Both the position numbers and the translations under genes were made by a program. From Orbicella franksi (lineage: Eukaryota), in contig OZ116701.1 in assembly GCA_964199315.1 (NCBI GenBank), positions 19,158,001-19,222,000 on the forward strand: a stretch of DNA of 64,000 bases, given 5' to 3'. A model generated the notes under the pieces. It did no database searches. It was not told the origin of the DNA and saw only the letters and a list, made by a program, of their open reading frames with translations. Position 1 is the first letter of the stretch, and every line of letters starts with the position of its first letter. This document shows positions 36,191 to 47,828 of this stretch, piece by piece.

Positions 36191-39100
36191 AAGGCTCTCT
36201 ATCTGATTGATTGATAACTAATCCTCAATTAATTTTATCAGAATGTATCACTTTTATACTGAATTGTACTCTGTCCGCGACTCACCCAATCATAACAATG
36301 TGGTAAGGAATCTTATGACTCCCTTAGTTCCTTATTGAACACATATGGTGAATGTTCAGGGCTTAAATTTAATAAGGACAAAAAAAGAAGCCTACTTGTT
36401 AGGAAGTTCTTATCGAAATCATGAAGTTCTCGATAAAAACAAGGTAAACGAGCCAATTAAAATACTAGGTATCTTTTTCACTTATGATCAGCATAAAAGT
36501 AAAGAGCTCAACTTCAATTTAACTTTAAAGTCAATAAGAAAGTCTTTAAGTTGCTGGCAATGGAGAAACTTAACACTGATTGGTAAAATTCAATTAGTCA
36601 AAACATTCGCTATGCCTTAGTTTATGTATCGAGCCTCCCTTATTTCCTTTGGTAAGGATATGATTAAAAGCACAAATTCTGTGATATTCACTTTTGTGTG
36701 GAGAGGCAAAGACAAAATCAGGAGATTGGCCTTAACTAGTGAATATGAAGATGGTGGCCTCAAAATGCCTCATCCTGAATCTTTGATTAAAACTCAAAGA
36801 ATTGCGAGTCTTAAAAGGTATTTAGATGATTATGTTAGCCCTTGGAAAGTTTTCTAGTCTAACTATCTTACGAACGAAGGAACTAGTTTTCTGCTTCAGT
36901 GCAATTTCAATCCATCGCGCCTACCCTGCAAATTACCAATTTTCTTATAAAGAATGTCTTGAAGCTTGGTCTGACTTCAATGGCCATCATGATATAATAG
37001 CTACAAAACAGGAAGTTTTAAATGAGATCATTTGGAACAACCAGAACTTCTTGATTAACAAGCAATCAATATACAATAAGAGAATAAAAGAAGCAGGTTT
37101 TGTGAAACTTAGGCATATCCTCTCAAACGACTCCAAGTTAAAAAGCTGGGATGCTTTTAGAGAGAAAAATCTCTCATTGTCAGATTACCTCCTCCTTCCT
37201 ACAAGGCATTTTTTCCGCCATTCCGCCTAACTGGAAACTGCTCCTTAAAGATGGAGAGAATAATAACAACGAAATTTACAAAACTGTCTCAGACGACGAT
37301 GTTCAAGATACAACTAGAATGACTTCAAAATCAATCTATTCCACCCTGGTCAAACGAAACCAGATTCCTCCTACTGCCCAATCTAAGTTTAATTCCTAAT
37401 ATAATATTTCTGGTATTATAGACTGGAAAAATATTTATCAATTGCCGGGTCGAGTCACTCTTGACACCAGAACGAGAGCCTTTCAATACAAAATCCTAAA
37501 TCGTATTCTCTACACTAAAAGAATTCTATGTAAAATGAATTTAGTTCCTTCTCCGATATGCACTTTTTGTGGAGATCACGAAGAAACTCTTGAGCATCTT
37601 CTAATCAGCTGTGCCTACACTAAAAAAACTTTTGGCCTTCTGTTATTTCTTGGTTAAATACTTACAAAATGAAAATTGATAAGCTTGATGAGATAACAAT
37701 CCTCTTTGGTATTTCCGATAGCAACCCAGGGAATTGTTTGTTAAATCACATAATCATTCTTGGGAAATGTACGATTTATTTAACCGCTTGTAAAAATATC
37801 AAGCCGTCTTTATCCTTACTGAAGGTCAAAAGAACCTAAACTCGAAAACTAGAATTTTCAATTGCAAAAAAGAATAAAAAAGAATTTATTCATTACAAAT
37901 AAATGGCAAAATATGTTATGGTAGTTTTTCTTTTCTCAATAGCTAAGTATCAGGTATATAGTTATATACACAGTTGAATATACAGATATATAAGTATCTG
38001 TACCAATTATTATATGGGTTTATATTATCAAACACACCCTTAATTAGATCTGTAGCTGACTGTGAATTATCCTGGGTACCAGAGGTTTTATCTCGCGCGC
38101 GGCGGACGGAAATACTTCACTTCGCTTCGGCGGCCGAAGGCCGCGGGCACGAGCGGCGAAGCCGCGAGAAAAACCTCTGGCACAGAGCGGTTTCATTCAC
38201 CGTTCTCGTTGAACTTTGATCAATTTGAAATCAGTGAGCATCTCACACTGTGATCACATGGACTGGCACGTGAAGACATGATACATTCGCGTGACATGAC
38301 AGATATGGTCTGGTTTGAATTCATGGCTCCTGCGGGACTAAAAACTACGTCATACTCCCGTGAAAAACGTTCCTAATTCAAAGTCTTCGTTGTCGTGCCG
38401 TTTTATTTGACGCTAATGTTGTGTGTAATGGTGGATATTACGGTCTTGTATCTGAAAATTTTTGCTCAAGAACTGAAAATCTTCGAAAGAATCTCGACAC
38501 TTTTCACTCTCGAGGACGACAATCTGTACGTTGGGCCGCATATTCTTTGTAAGACGTGCTACCGACGGATCGAAAAATTCGAAGCGACTGTCAAAGAAGT
38601 CGCAAATTTAAACTGAGAATATTGCAAAAAGAATCTTGTCTGTTGGAAAGGAGAAGTTACAAACGGTGAAAATACGCATTCAAAATGCTGTTCGAGCTCG
38701 TCTGGTACACCGACGACGGGAACATTGTGTAGTTCAACACAGAGTCCAGGAATTAACTGAACTAACAACGATTTCCGAATCGCGTTGGCAAAACCGCCAA
38801 AACATCCTTGCTGCGAATAAAATTCGCAATTCCATCCCTTTGCTCGGCGCTTTAAAGTTGTCAACACCGTCGAACGTTTTGAGCAACTTTAGTTATGGCT
38901 TTCTCCAGATCTTGATCTTTCAGAAACCAGATTCTGGACTAGACAGATTTAAACAGGCTCGTCATTGGCTCGGCGCTGTCAAAGAAATCGCGCTCTGCTC
39001 CAGAGGTTTTTCGCGCGGGTCACAATAGAGACACGATACCGGAAACCGCGCAAGAAAAACCTCTGGCACCCAGGGTAACTGTGAATGTAATGTAATGTAA

Positions 39101-39207
39101 ATTTGTAATTAGTGTTAGTGGGTAGCATAAGCGTTAGTGTAATTAACTGATTGTTTGCTCTTGTAATTGTGCTTTAAGTAACAATAAAATGTTAAAAATG
39201 TTAAAAG
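36191..39207 (+). mobile_element. 5'-truncated, decayed L1/Tx1-clade LINE (RT C-terminus and zf-RVT), interrupted by a MITE
   Basis: Broken ORFs 36345-37657: IKILGIFF, WQWRNLTLIGKIQLVK, FVWRGKDKIRR..GGLKMP, FQYKILNRIL..CTFCGDHEETLEHLLISC. A-rich end near 39184-39205. Boundaries are approximate. Confidence 0.8.
38068..39077. mobile_element. 1,010-bp Mutator-like non-autonomous element, 9-bp TSD ACTGTGAAT
   Basis: actgtgaat at 38059-38067 and 39078-39086. TIRs tatcctgggtaccagaggtttt / aaaacctctggcacccagggta. Confidence 0.9.
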
Positions 39208-39220
39208 TCTGATTGATTGA

Positions 39221-39302
39221 GTGACTGACTGACTAACTGACTAACTGACTGACTGCCCGCCTGACTGACTGACTGACTGACTGACTGACTGACTGACTGA
39301 CG
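39221..39302. repeat. (GACT)n microsatellite (related tracts at 36130-36180 and 56270-56355)
   Basis: Visible gactgactgact run. Confidence 0.9.
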
Positions 39303-40596
39303 GGCCGACCGATTAAATGGCCCACCATTTTATTGACTGACTGGACCATCGCTGCAGGAGGAACACAGGCCTGCCTGTCAAACAAGCAGCTTTCCGCCCT
39401 GCTTTCTTCTAGAAAGAATTATTCTCCTTTCTGCATCAGTGTCGCGTTGCATTTTGAATACATTATGTCTTAAGATGACTGGTTTTGCCAAAAAGTGCTA
39501 ACTCTGTCAACTGCACGACGACGAAAGCGACAGCATATTTGGAGTAATGTAATTATTCCTGGAAGATACACGATTTATTTCGTTGTATTCTACAAATTCG
39601 TAATTTATTACCACAAAAACGTTAATTGACAACTGAGTTTGTATCGATAATCATTTTTTTTTTCAATATTGACATTAATCTTCGTATATTTATTAAAGTT
39701 TACATTTCTGTCATCCAGCTTTTGTATATAGAGGAAAAGTTGCTCTTCAGTTTGATGTAAGAAATTTTTGGTCCTTTACGAGAGAGTTAACGAGAATTTT
39801 ATCTTGGTCTGTTAGGCTTGTTTAGTGTCGTGAAAATTTCGTTGGATCACAGGCGGCCCAGACGTTGAATACGATAAATACGTGACATTATGCTGTTGGC
39901 GATAACGTTACAATTTTAGCCGTTTATAAGGCAATGTATGAGAAGGCTTCGAAAATTACTCTAAATGCTACGCGTAGAAAATAATTTGAATAAAATGGTT
40001 TACCTTATGTTTGCATTGCGTTATTTGGATGTCTCTGGGTTCGTGGAGGTGGTTTAGAGCCATTTCGGCGAGTTTTACTTTCTGGCGGTTTGCTTCGCCT
40101 AATTATTTAAGGAACAAATAGCGCATTAGACAGTAATTTTTCCACACAAGCGTGCATGTTGAGTTGCCCAAACTCTAGCAAGCAACTTGAATCTCATTTC
40201 AATTATGTTGCAGGTATTAACATTGAAACTGTCATATCGCTTGACCATATTACATAATTTCAGTAAATTTTATTTCAGTCTTTAGGCGCTATTTTCAAAA
40301 GTGGTTTGTACCAGTGGACTTGACGCTTGCATGTGAGATGGGGATTTTCATAGTGACGCTTGCAGTGTTTTGCATTCTTTTCACCGGGCGGTGCGACCAT
40401 GCGTGAAGTGAAGAGGTTTGTGTTGCTAAGCGGTTTTTCTTTAAGAGAGCTCAAGGTAAGTCGCTTCAAATGCAATGTTGCTAGTGAATGAACTACAACT
40501 GGGAGATTGGTTAATAGTTAAACTTGGTTATAGTTGTTCTTGGCGGTTTCTTTAAGCAGGATTATATTCATTATTATTATTTTTGCTATATTATGA

Positions 40597-40995
40597 ATAA
40601 TAATAATAAAAAAGCCTGGGAGCCGACTGGCTCATAGCTGTCGGAGCTTATCCCGGTTTCTGTAGCATGAATCGAAGCGGCAAGGAATATTTCTACTCTC
40701 CCTGGACGGGATGCTAGTCCATCTCAGGTCACTCCCCCGCAATTTGTTAGGTTTCCCCAACAATTCACCGGTATCTATTTATACTCCTGGGTGGAGGGAG
40801 GCTATTTATACTCCTGGGCGGAGGGAGGCTATTTGTAGCTTAAATAATTAGGCGAAGCAAACCGCCAGAAAGTAAAACTCGCCGAAAGAGTTAAGTGCCT
40901 TGCCCAAGAACACAACACAATGTCCCCGGCTAGGGCTCGAACCCCGACCGCTCGATCTGGGGACGAACGCACTAACCATGAGGCCACGCGCCTCC
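40597..40995 (-). mobile_element. tRNA-derived SINE with (TTA)n tail
   Basis: The minus strand starts ggaggcgcgtggcctcatggttagtgcg...ggttcgagcc (A/B-box-like). The element is absent at the paralogous site (about 14740). Imperfect duplication ttatgaat/ttatcaat. Confidence 0.8.
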
Positions 40996-42244
40996 ATTAT
41001 CAATCAAGCAACCCTAAAAATCATTTGCCATTGAGACAGGCCCAATAAGGATGAAAGTGCCGCGTCGAAAAACAACAGTTTTTCACTTTCACCAAGAGCG
41101 CAAAACGAAAAAAAGACTGCCTCGCTTTCTTTTTAGACTCGAAATTGTTTTGGTTTTGCACGTCATCATGCTTTTTTTTTGTTTGTTTTTTTCCGAGAAT
41201 TTAACTAACTGCATGATAGAGATACCGTATACCATCTTACTAACGACTTGCAGTCGTATAGATTCTCTATATATCAGCATTTTAATTTGCGGTTATAGTT
41301 TAAACAGATTTCAAAGGACCTTAATTAAGTCGCGGGAGGACAACAGCTTATGGCACGTGCCTTGGTAAGCCTAAAATCTCCCTAAACAAATAAAATGAGA
41401 GCGGAAAGAGTTCTAAGTAAATGTAAGCGAAATTTACAAAGACTCGCTTACTTTTTCATTGCCCATCATTACCTCCTTTCGTTCAACAAAACATTTGTAC
41501 TGCTGTTTCGTTAGAACCGAGCTGCTTTTTTGAATTTAAGACCGAGTTAACAAGAGGACCAGGCAGGGGTGATACATGCCATCTCTCCTTTTTGGATGAA
41601 ACTTTGCCAGATTGAAGGTACTACCCAACAACTCTAAACGATAAAGTGGGCCGGCTTTGTGATTTTTCCCTTAGGAGTTAGACCACCCCCCCCCCCCTGG
41701 TTTTTTGCCCAAAATCCCAAAAATGTCACTACAATAAGCATTAAATTTAAACATCGCTCCTGCTTTCAGAATACATTGAATTTTGTTGGTATTTAAACAA
41801 ACAAAGATTGGACCTATCTTAGGTCACACCAGGAATTTCAAGTCATTTGAAGTGACAGGTGCCAATCAAGGAATGTTATTTCCTACCCATGTCACGTAAC
41901 ATTTAGCAATAAGGCAAATTAGTTCAAATTCTGACTCAAATATTGCTTGAGTCCAACTTTCTAAATCAAAACTAATTTCATCACAGTTTAGAGTCACCCT
42001 TGGCCTGATAAAATCAAGAATAAAATTTTTGGCATCTGTTAGTGTTTGGTAATAAAAGTTGTTCAAACAACATGACAAGAGGCTAGTTTTAACAAAGAGA
42101 CAAGGGCGAAATCTAAAAATATTAGATATTATAGAATCAGTTTATCAAAGTTATTTCTATGTTAATGTCATTAACAAAGTCTTTGAATATTATATAGGGC
42201 AGTGGAAGCTCAATGAATGCAAAACTCTTTGTAATATCTCGTAA

Positions 42245-42817
42245 CCCTCGGACGTACAAGAGGGGGTGGGGGATAGATGTCATCCCCCCAATAAGGTATT
42301 TTCAAAATTTTGAGAAGACGATTTACTCTAAGGGGCTGAAACTTTCATTAGCTGTTTATTCATCCTTCGTGGATATTTTGATATGTCAATTGTGTGTCCA
42401 TCATTTTTATGTTTCATAGCAACCACTAGTTTCATGTAGGTTTGACCGAAAATCAACTTTTTTGACATAATTCTGTATTTTTTCCAGTCTGGTTCATCAA
42501 ATTCCAGGAATTTACCAATTTGTACATTTCATAAGCATTCTGGCTTGATTTTGTATCAATTTCCATTATTTCTTGACTTTTTAAGAAAAAAGTAAAATCC
42601 AAGATGGCGGATCCACGATGGCGGGTCAAATGACATCATTTGCCATTATGACATCACAGCCATTGAATATGGTATCATTTTTTAGAGCAAGCTCAGGGCT
42701 ATCTAATCAATGTAAGTTTAGTAGGCTGTGCGTTAACAGAACAAAAACCAGAGGGGGTTCCTTCCATTTCCCCTTTATACCACAGTGGGGGTACGAGTTA
42801 GCTTGTACGCCAAAGGG
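42245..42817. mobile_element. 573-bp piggyBac-type MITE within the left TIR
   Basis: gtaa-ccctcggacgtacaag ... cttgtacgccaaaggg-ttaa: CCC..GGG ends with TTAA on one side. Confidence 0.7.
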
Positions 42818-43779
42818 TTAAATAACAGTGCAAAACACCTAAATTCTATTTGCACAATCTAAATATGGGAATGAACGGCCGTGATGTTTGAATTCTAAAA
42901 CATTGACTAGTTAGATGAGAGTTTTTCTCGGCATATCTTGCTTTTGAGATTACTCTTGAAACCCTGCTCAATCATCACAGGTCAAATACTTAATCTTGCA
43001 ATTGATTGATGTCACCTCTTACTTTACACTCGGCATATAAACTCATCAATCCTGAGAAGAATTCTTTGCTGAAATTATTGTTTGCTCTCATTCCGAGTTC
43101 AAAAAACCCTTGAAATTTTCATTTTGCTGCATCAGGCAAGCAAGTAAATCTTGGTAAACACGTACAGTTGTATATAATACTTGAACTGTAAGATCGAGCT
43201 TTAGCTAGCTTTTATGAAAATGCGTTTTTCTTCTGAAAGTTCCCATACTGAATTAACCGCAGATAAAGGTTATACCTGAAAGATGTTAGCACAAAACATT
43301 GTAAATAATCGCATGTCTGCGAGTAAGAAGATGTGTGAAAAAAAATGCAATTCTGAGGAAAAATTGAGCTTCAAGAAGATCTAGAAGCTGAAATTATCTA
43401 AAACCTAGGGTCCAAGCGAGCACACATGACAACATACACGGCACCAGTGCCTTAGGTTTAGCAAGGTTTGGCTCGGTTGAACTTTTTTAATTTTTCTAGG
43501 CACTCAAGAAGCTTGATTGGCTCTTGGCCATCGTTTTCTTTTCTGCTCAGTAACCTCCTGTGTATACCCGTAGCTCCATAGCCCTGTGAAATAACTGATT
43601 TGTTTTTTTCTGGTCACAAGACTGTGTTACATATTCTACATGGTGGATGGTAAAGTAGTTGGCAAGTAGTATTGTCTTCGTACTGCAAGCCTGGTCAAGA
43701 TCTCTTCTGCTTCATCTTGAGACGGACTCAGATCAGCCTGGTGTATAGCTAGTCGGCCACTTCTGTACATTACAGACAA

Positions 43780-46680
43780 CATGCTGAAGTACTGGGCTAT
43801 TTGGTCTGCAGCAAGCTACTCTTCTTTGCTGGACATTTTCCTACCACTACTGTCTTGCACAGTCTCATCTTACTGCACTCATTCACTACACTTTCGTCCT
43901 GTCCCCTCACCTTCCAAGAATGTTCTTTTCGGATATGTGTTCACTTTCTCAGAAAAGCAGGTTCCTCTTCGTGATGTTTTCAGACCCATCCCTTTGAGAT
44001 TTCTCATGTGGATCATGATCACTAAAGGACATTTGGGATTTCAACTCATTTTATCTTGATGCTGTCTATGCCGTTTCTCTCTCTAACTTCTTTAGGTGTT
44101 TACCCGAATCCACTTCTCTCCAGACTGCAAGAGATTGGTATGCTTTTATGAATCCCTCTTCAGGGTAGGAGGAATACACTCTTGTAGCTTTGACAACTTG
44201 GGACTCTCCTTCAATAGACTGCGAGGTCCTAGACCATAGTTAATAGATGGAAATGGTTGTGAAGCCCGGCAAACATCAAAGGAGTAAACAAAGATGCCAA
44301 GATTTGTGTTGGAAGGTCCACGACCGCGCAAAATCTTTTTTTGCGCCCATACACTATGCATGAATTACGTAGCCAAAACGTTTCTATTGGTCAGTTACTC
44401 GGTCAGTAGTATACAACAATTGTGTTTTGTGCACGGTCAAGGCCAAAAAAGAGAACAAAAACATACTACAAAGAACTTTGGTGAGTTTCAGAATAATCCC
44501 CCTCTATTAACTATGCCTAGACTGAGGCTGTTGGAGCTGACACGTCAAACTCTTGGCTGTAAAAGTAGCAGTCTCTCTTGCAGTACATTTAAGGACTGCT
44601 CTATGCATAAGTCTGTAGGCCCTTGAGGTCTTCCAAATCCATTCCTCATGTGCAGGTGTGAAACATTTACCAGGGCCCATACCATAAGCCTTCTACACTT
44701 TCAAACCTCCGGACTTGAAGCTAAAAAAATTTCGAGACAGGATCCCAGACATTGTGTGCTTCGTGGTCTGGCCTGACTCTTGACTCTTAACAATGTTATT
44801 GATGCCTGACACCCTTCAACCGGCCATTGGATATCACTAGCACTTTTACTGCCGTGGCCTTCATTTATGTTACAACACACGTGGCTCTGCACTGTGGCAG
44901 TTCTTCTGTCAAAGAGGTACTTTCCAGCCTGTGGATCACTGAAATCATATCTGACGATCTTAATGCCTGTGCACTCTCTAAGGCTGGCAAGTGAGTGGAT
45001 GAGATGAGAACAAAGGTAACATCCGGTATTGTCGAGCTTTTCTTTCCAAAAAGTTACAATTGAGCAAAACATCGAAGCCATTCTTATCATTGGAGTTCTT
45101 CTGTCAAAGAGGTACTTTCCAGCCTGTGGATCACTGAAATCATATCTGACGATCTTAATGCCTGTGCACTCTCTAAGGCTGGCAAGTGAGTGGATGAGAT
45201 GAGAACAAAGGTAACATCCGGTATTGTCGAGCTTTTCTTTCCAAAAAGTTACAATTGAGCAAAACATCGAAGCCATTCTTATCATTGGAGTTCTTCTGTC
45301 AAAGAGGTACTTTCCAGCCTGTGGATCACTGAAATCATATCTGACGATCTTAATGCCTGTGCACTCTCTAAGGCTGGCAAGTGAGTGGATGAGATGAGAA
45401 CAAAGGTAACATCCGGTATTGTCGAGCTTTTCTTTCCAAAAAGTTACAATTGAGCAAAACATCGAAGCCATTCTTATCATTGGAGTTCTTCTGTCAAAGA
45501 GGTACTTTCCAGCCTGTGGATCACTGAAATCATATCTGACGATCTTAATGCCTGTGCACTCTCTAAGGCTGGCAAGTGAGTGGATGAGATGAGAACAAAG
45601 GTAACATCCGGTATTGTCGAGCTTTTCTTTCCAAAAAGTTACAATTGAGCAAAACATCGAAGCCATTCTTATCATTGGAGTTCTTCTGTCAAAGAGGTAC
45701 TTTCCAGCCTGTGGATCACTGAAATCATATCTGACGATCTTAATGCCTGTGCACTCTCTAAGGCTGGCAAGTGAGTGGATGAGATGAGAACAAAGGTAAC
45801 ATCCGGTATTGTCGAGCTTTTCTTTCCAAAAAGTTACAATTGAGCAAAACATCGAAGCCATTCTTATCATTGGAGTTCTTCTGTCAAAGAGGTACTTTCC
45901 AGCCTGTGGATCACTGAAATCATATCTGACGATCTTAATGCCTGTGCACTCTCTAAGGCTGGCAAGTGAGTGGATGAGATGAGAACAAAGGTAACATCCG
46001 GTATTGTCGAGCTTTTCTTTCCAAAAAGTTACAATTGAGCAAAACATCGAAGCCATTCTTATCATTGGAGTTCTTCTGTCAAAGAGGTACTTTCCAGCCT
46101 GTGGATCACTGAAATCATATCTGACGATCTCAATGCCTGTGCACTCTCTAAGGCTGGCAAGTGAGTGGATGAGATGAGAACAAAGGTAACATCCGGTATT
46201 GTCGAGCTTTTCTTTCCAAAAAGTTACAATTGAGCAAAACATCGAAGCCATTCTTATCATTGGAGTTCTTCTGTCAAAGAGGTACTTTCCAGCCTGTGGA
46301 TCACTGAAATCATATCTGACGATCTTAATGCCTGTGCACTCTCTAAGGCTGGCAAGTGAGTGGATGAGATGAGAACAAAGGTAACATTCGGTATTGTCGA
46401 GCTTTTCTTTCCAAAAAGTTACAATTGAGCAAAACATCGAAGCCATTCTTATCATTGGAGTTCTTCTGTCAAAGAGGTACTTTCCAGCCTGTGGATCACT
46501 GAAATCATATCTGACGATCTTAATGCCTGTGCACTCTCTAAGGCTGGCAAGTGAGTGGATGAGATGAGAACAAAGGTAACATTCGGTATTGTCGAGCTTT
46601 TCTTTCCAAAAAGTTACAATTGAGCAAAACATCGAAGCCATTCTTATCATTGGAGTGTGCACATCTATAAATAGAGATTG
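43780..46680 (-). pseudogene. Decayed Sola3-like transposase (catalytic core to C-terminus)
   Basis: DNTGCY, VRYDFSDPQAGKYLFDRRTATVQSHVCCNINEGH, GLKV*KAYGMGPGK, FSEKVNTYPKRTFLEGEGTGRK, DQIAQYFSML. These match motifs I recall from cnidarian Sola3-type transposases; there are stops and frameshifts. Confidence 0.6.
44901..46655. repeat. 195-bp tandem array, 9 near-identical copies
   Basis: ttcttctgtcaaagagg recurs every 195 bp from 44901 to 46461. It gives the 65-aa repeat in ORF 44701-46776. Confidence 0.97.
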
Positions 46681-47255
46681 AAATTCCTTGCGCAGTAGTA
46701 AGAAATAATAAATAACAACAATAAATATAAATAAATATGATAATAATAATAACAACAACAAACTATTAATTATCACTTGGTGATATTATTTGCTGCTGAT
46801 CAAGGTCTTTGGTTCTTGTTCCCATGCTTTCAAAATTATATGCACAATGTTTATCTTTATACCAATTAAGATTTACTTGCCTGCCTGATGCAGCAAAGTA
46901 AAACAAAAATCATAGATGTTTTTTAAACTCGATTCGCATGAAATGAATATTCATTGTGTGAGCTCAAGAGTTAATATATGAGGGCAAACAATAATGTCAG
47001 CAAAGAATACTTCTCAGGATTGATGAGTTTGTATGCCGAGTGTAAAGTAAGAGTTGACAATAATCAATTGCAACATCAAGCATGTGACAGGCCCGTGATG
47101 ATCGAGCAGGGTTTCAAAGGTAATCTCAAAAGCAAGATATGCCGAGAAAAACTCTCATCTAACTAGTCAATGTTTTAGAATTCAAACATCACGACCGTTC
47201 ATTCCCATATTTAGATTGTGCAAATAGAATTTAGGTGTTTTGCACTGTTATTTAA

Positions 47256-47828
47256 CCCTTTGGCGTACAAACTAACTCGTACCCCCACTGTGGTATAAAG
47301 GGGAAATGGAAGGAACCCCCTCTGGTTTTTGTTCTGTTAACGCACAGCCTACTAAACTTACATTGATTAGATAGCCCTGAGCTTGCTCTAAAAAATGATA
47401 CCATATTCAATGGCTGTGATGTCATAATGGCAAATGATGTCATTTGACCCGCCATCGTGGATCCGCCATCTTGGATTTTACTTTTTTCTTAAAAAGTCAA
47501 GAAATAATGGAAATTGATACAAAATCAAGCCAGAATGCTTATGAAATGTACAAATTGGTAAATTCCTGGAATTTGATGAACCAGACTGGAAAAAATACAG
47601 AATTATGTCAAAAAAGTTGATTTTCGGTCAAACCTACATGAAACTAGTGGTTGCTATGAAACATAAAAATGATGGACACACAATTGACATATCAAAATAT
47701 CCACGAAGGATGAATAAACAGCTAATGAAAGTTTCAGCCCCTTAGAGTAAATCGTCTTCTCAAAATTTTGAAAATACCTTATTGGGGGGATGACATCTAT
47801 CCCCCAGCCCCTCTTGTACGTCCGAGGG
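47256..47828. mobile_element. Mirror copy of the piggyBac-type MITE within the right TIR
   Basis: Reverse complement of 42245-42817, with the same degenerate flank (ttac). Confidence 0.7.

Noticed and set aside
40900-40995. tRNA gene
   Set aside because: The tRNA-like boxes are the head of a SINE with body and tail; no complete cloverleaf is evident.
41866-42821. Short ORFs duplicated at 47252-48207
   Set aside because: Chance ORFs mirrored because they lie in the inverted arms; no recognisable domain.
44901-46655. CRISPR-like array
   Set aside because: The units are contiguous identical 195-mers with no unique spacers, in eukaryotic DNA. The same applies to the 86-bp array at 19181-19648.
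44701-46776. Novel 691-aa host protein
   Set aside because: The length comes from a tandem repeat of a transposase fragment. The N-terminus is low-complexity AT-rich sequence starting at a non-ATG codon.
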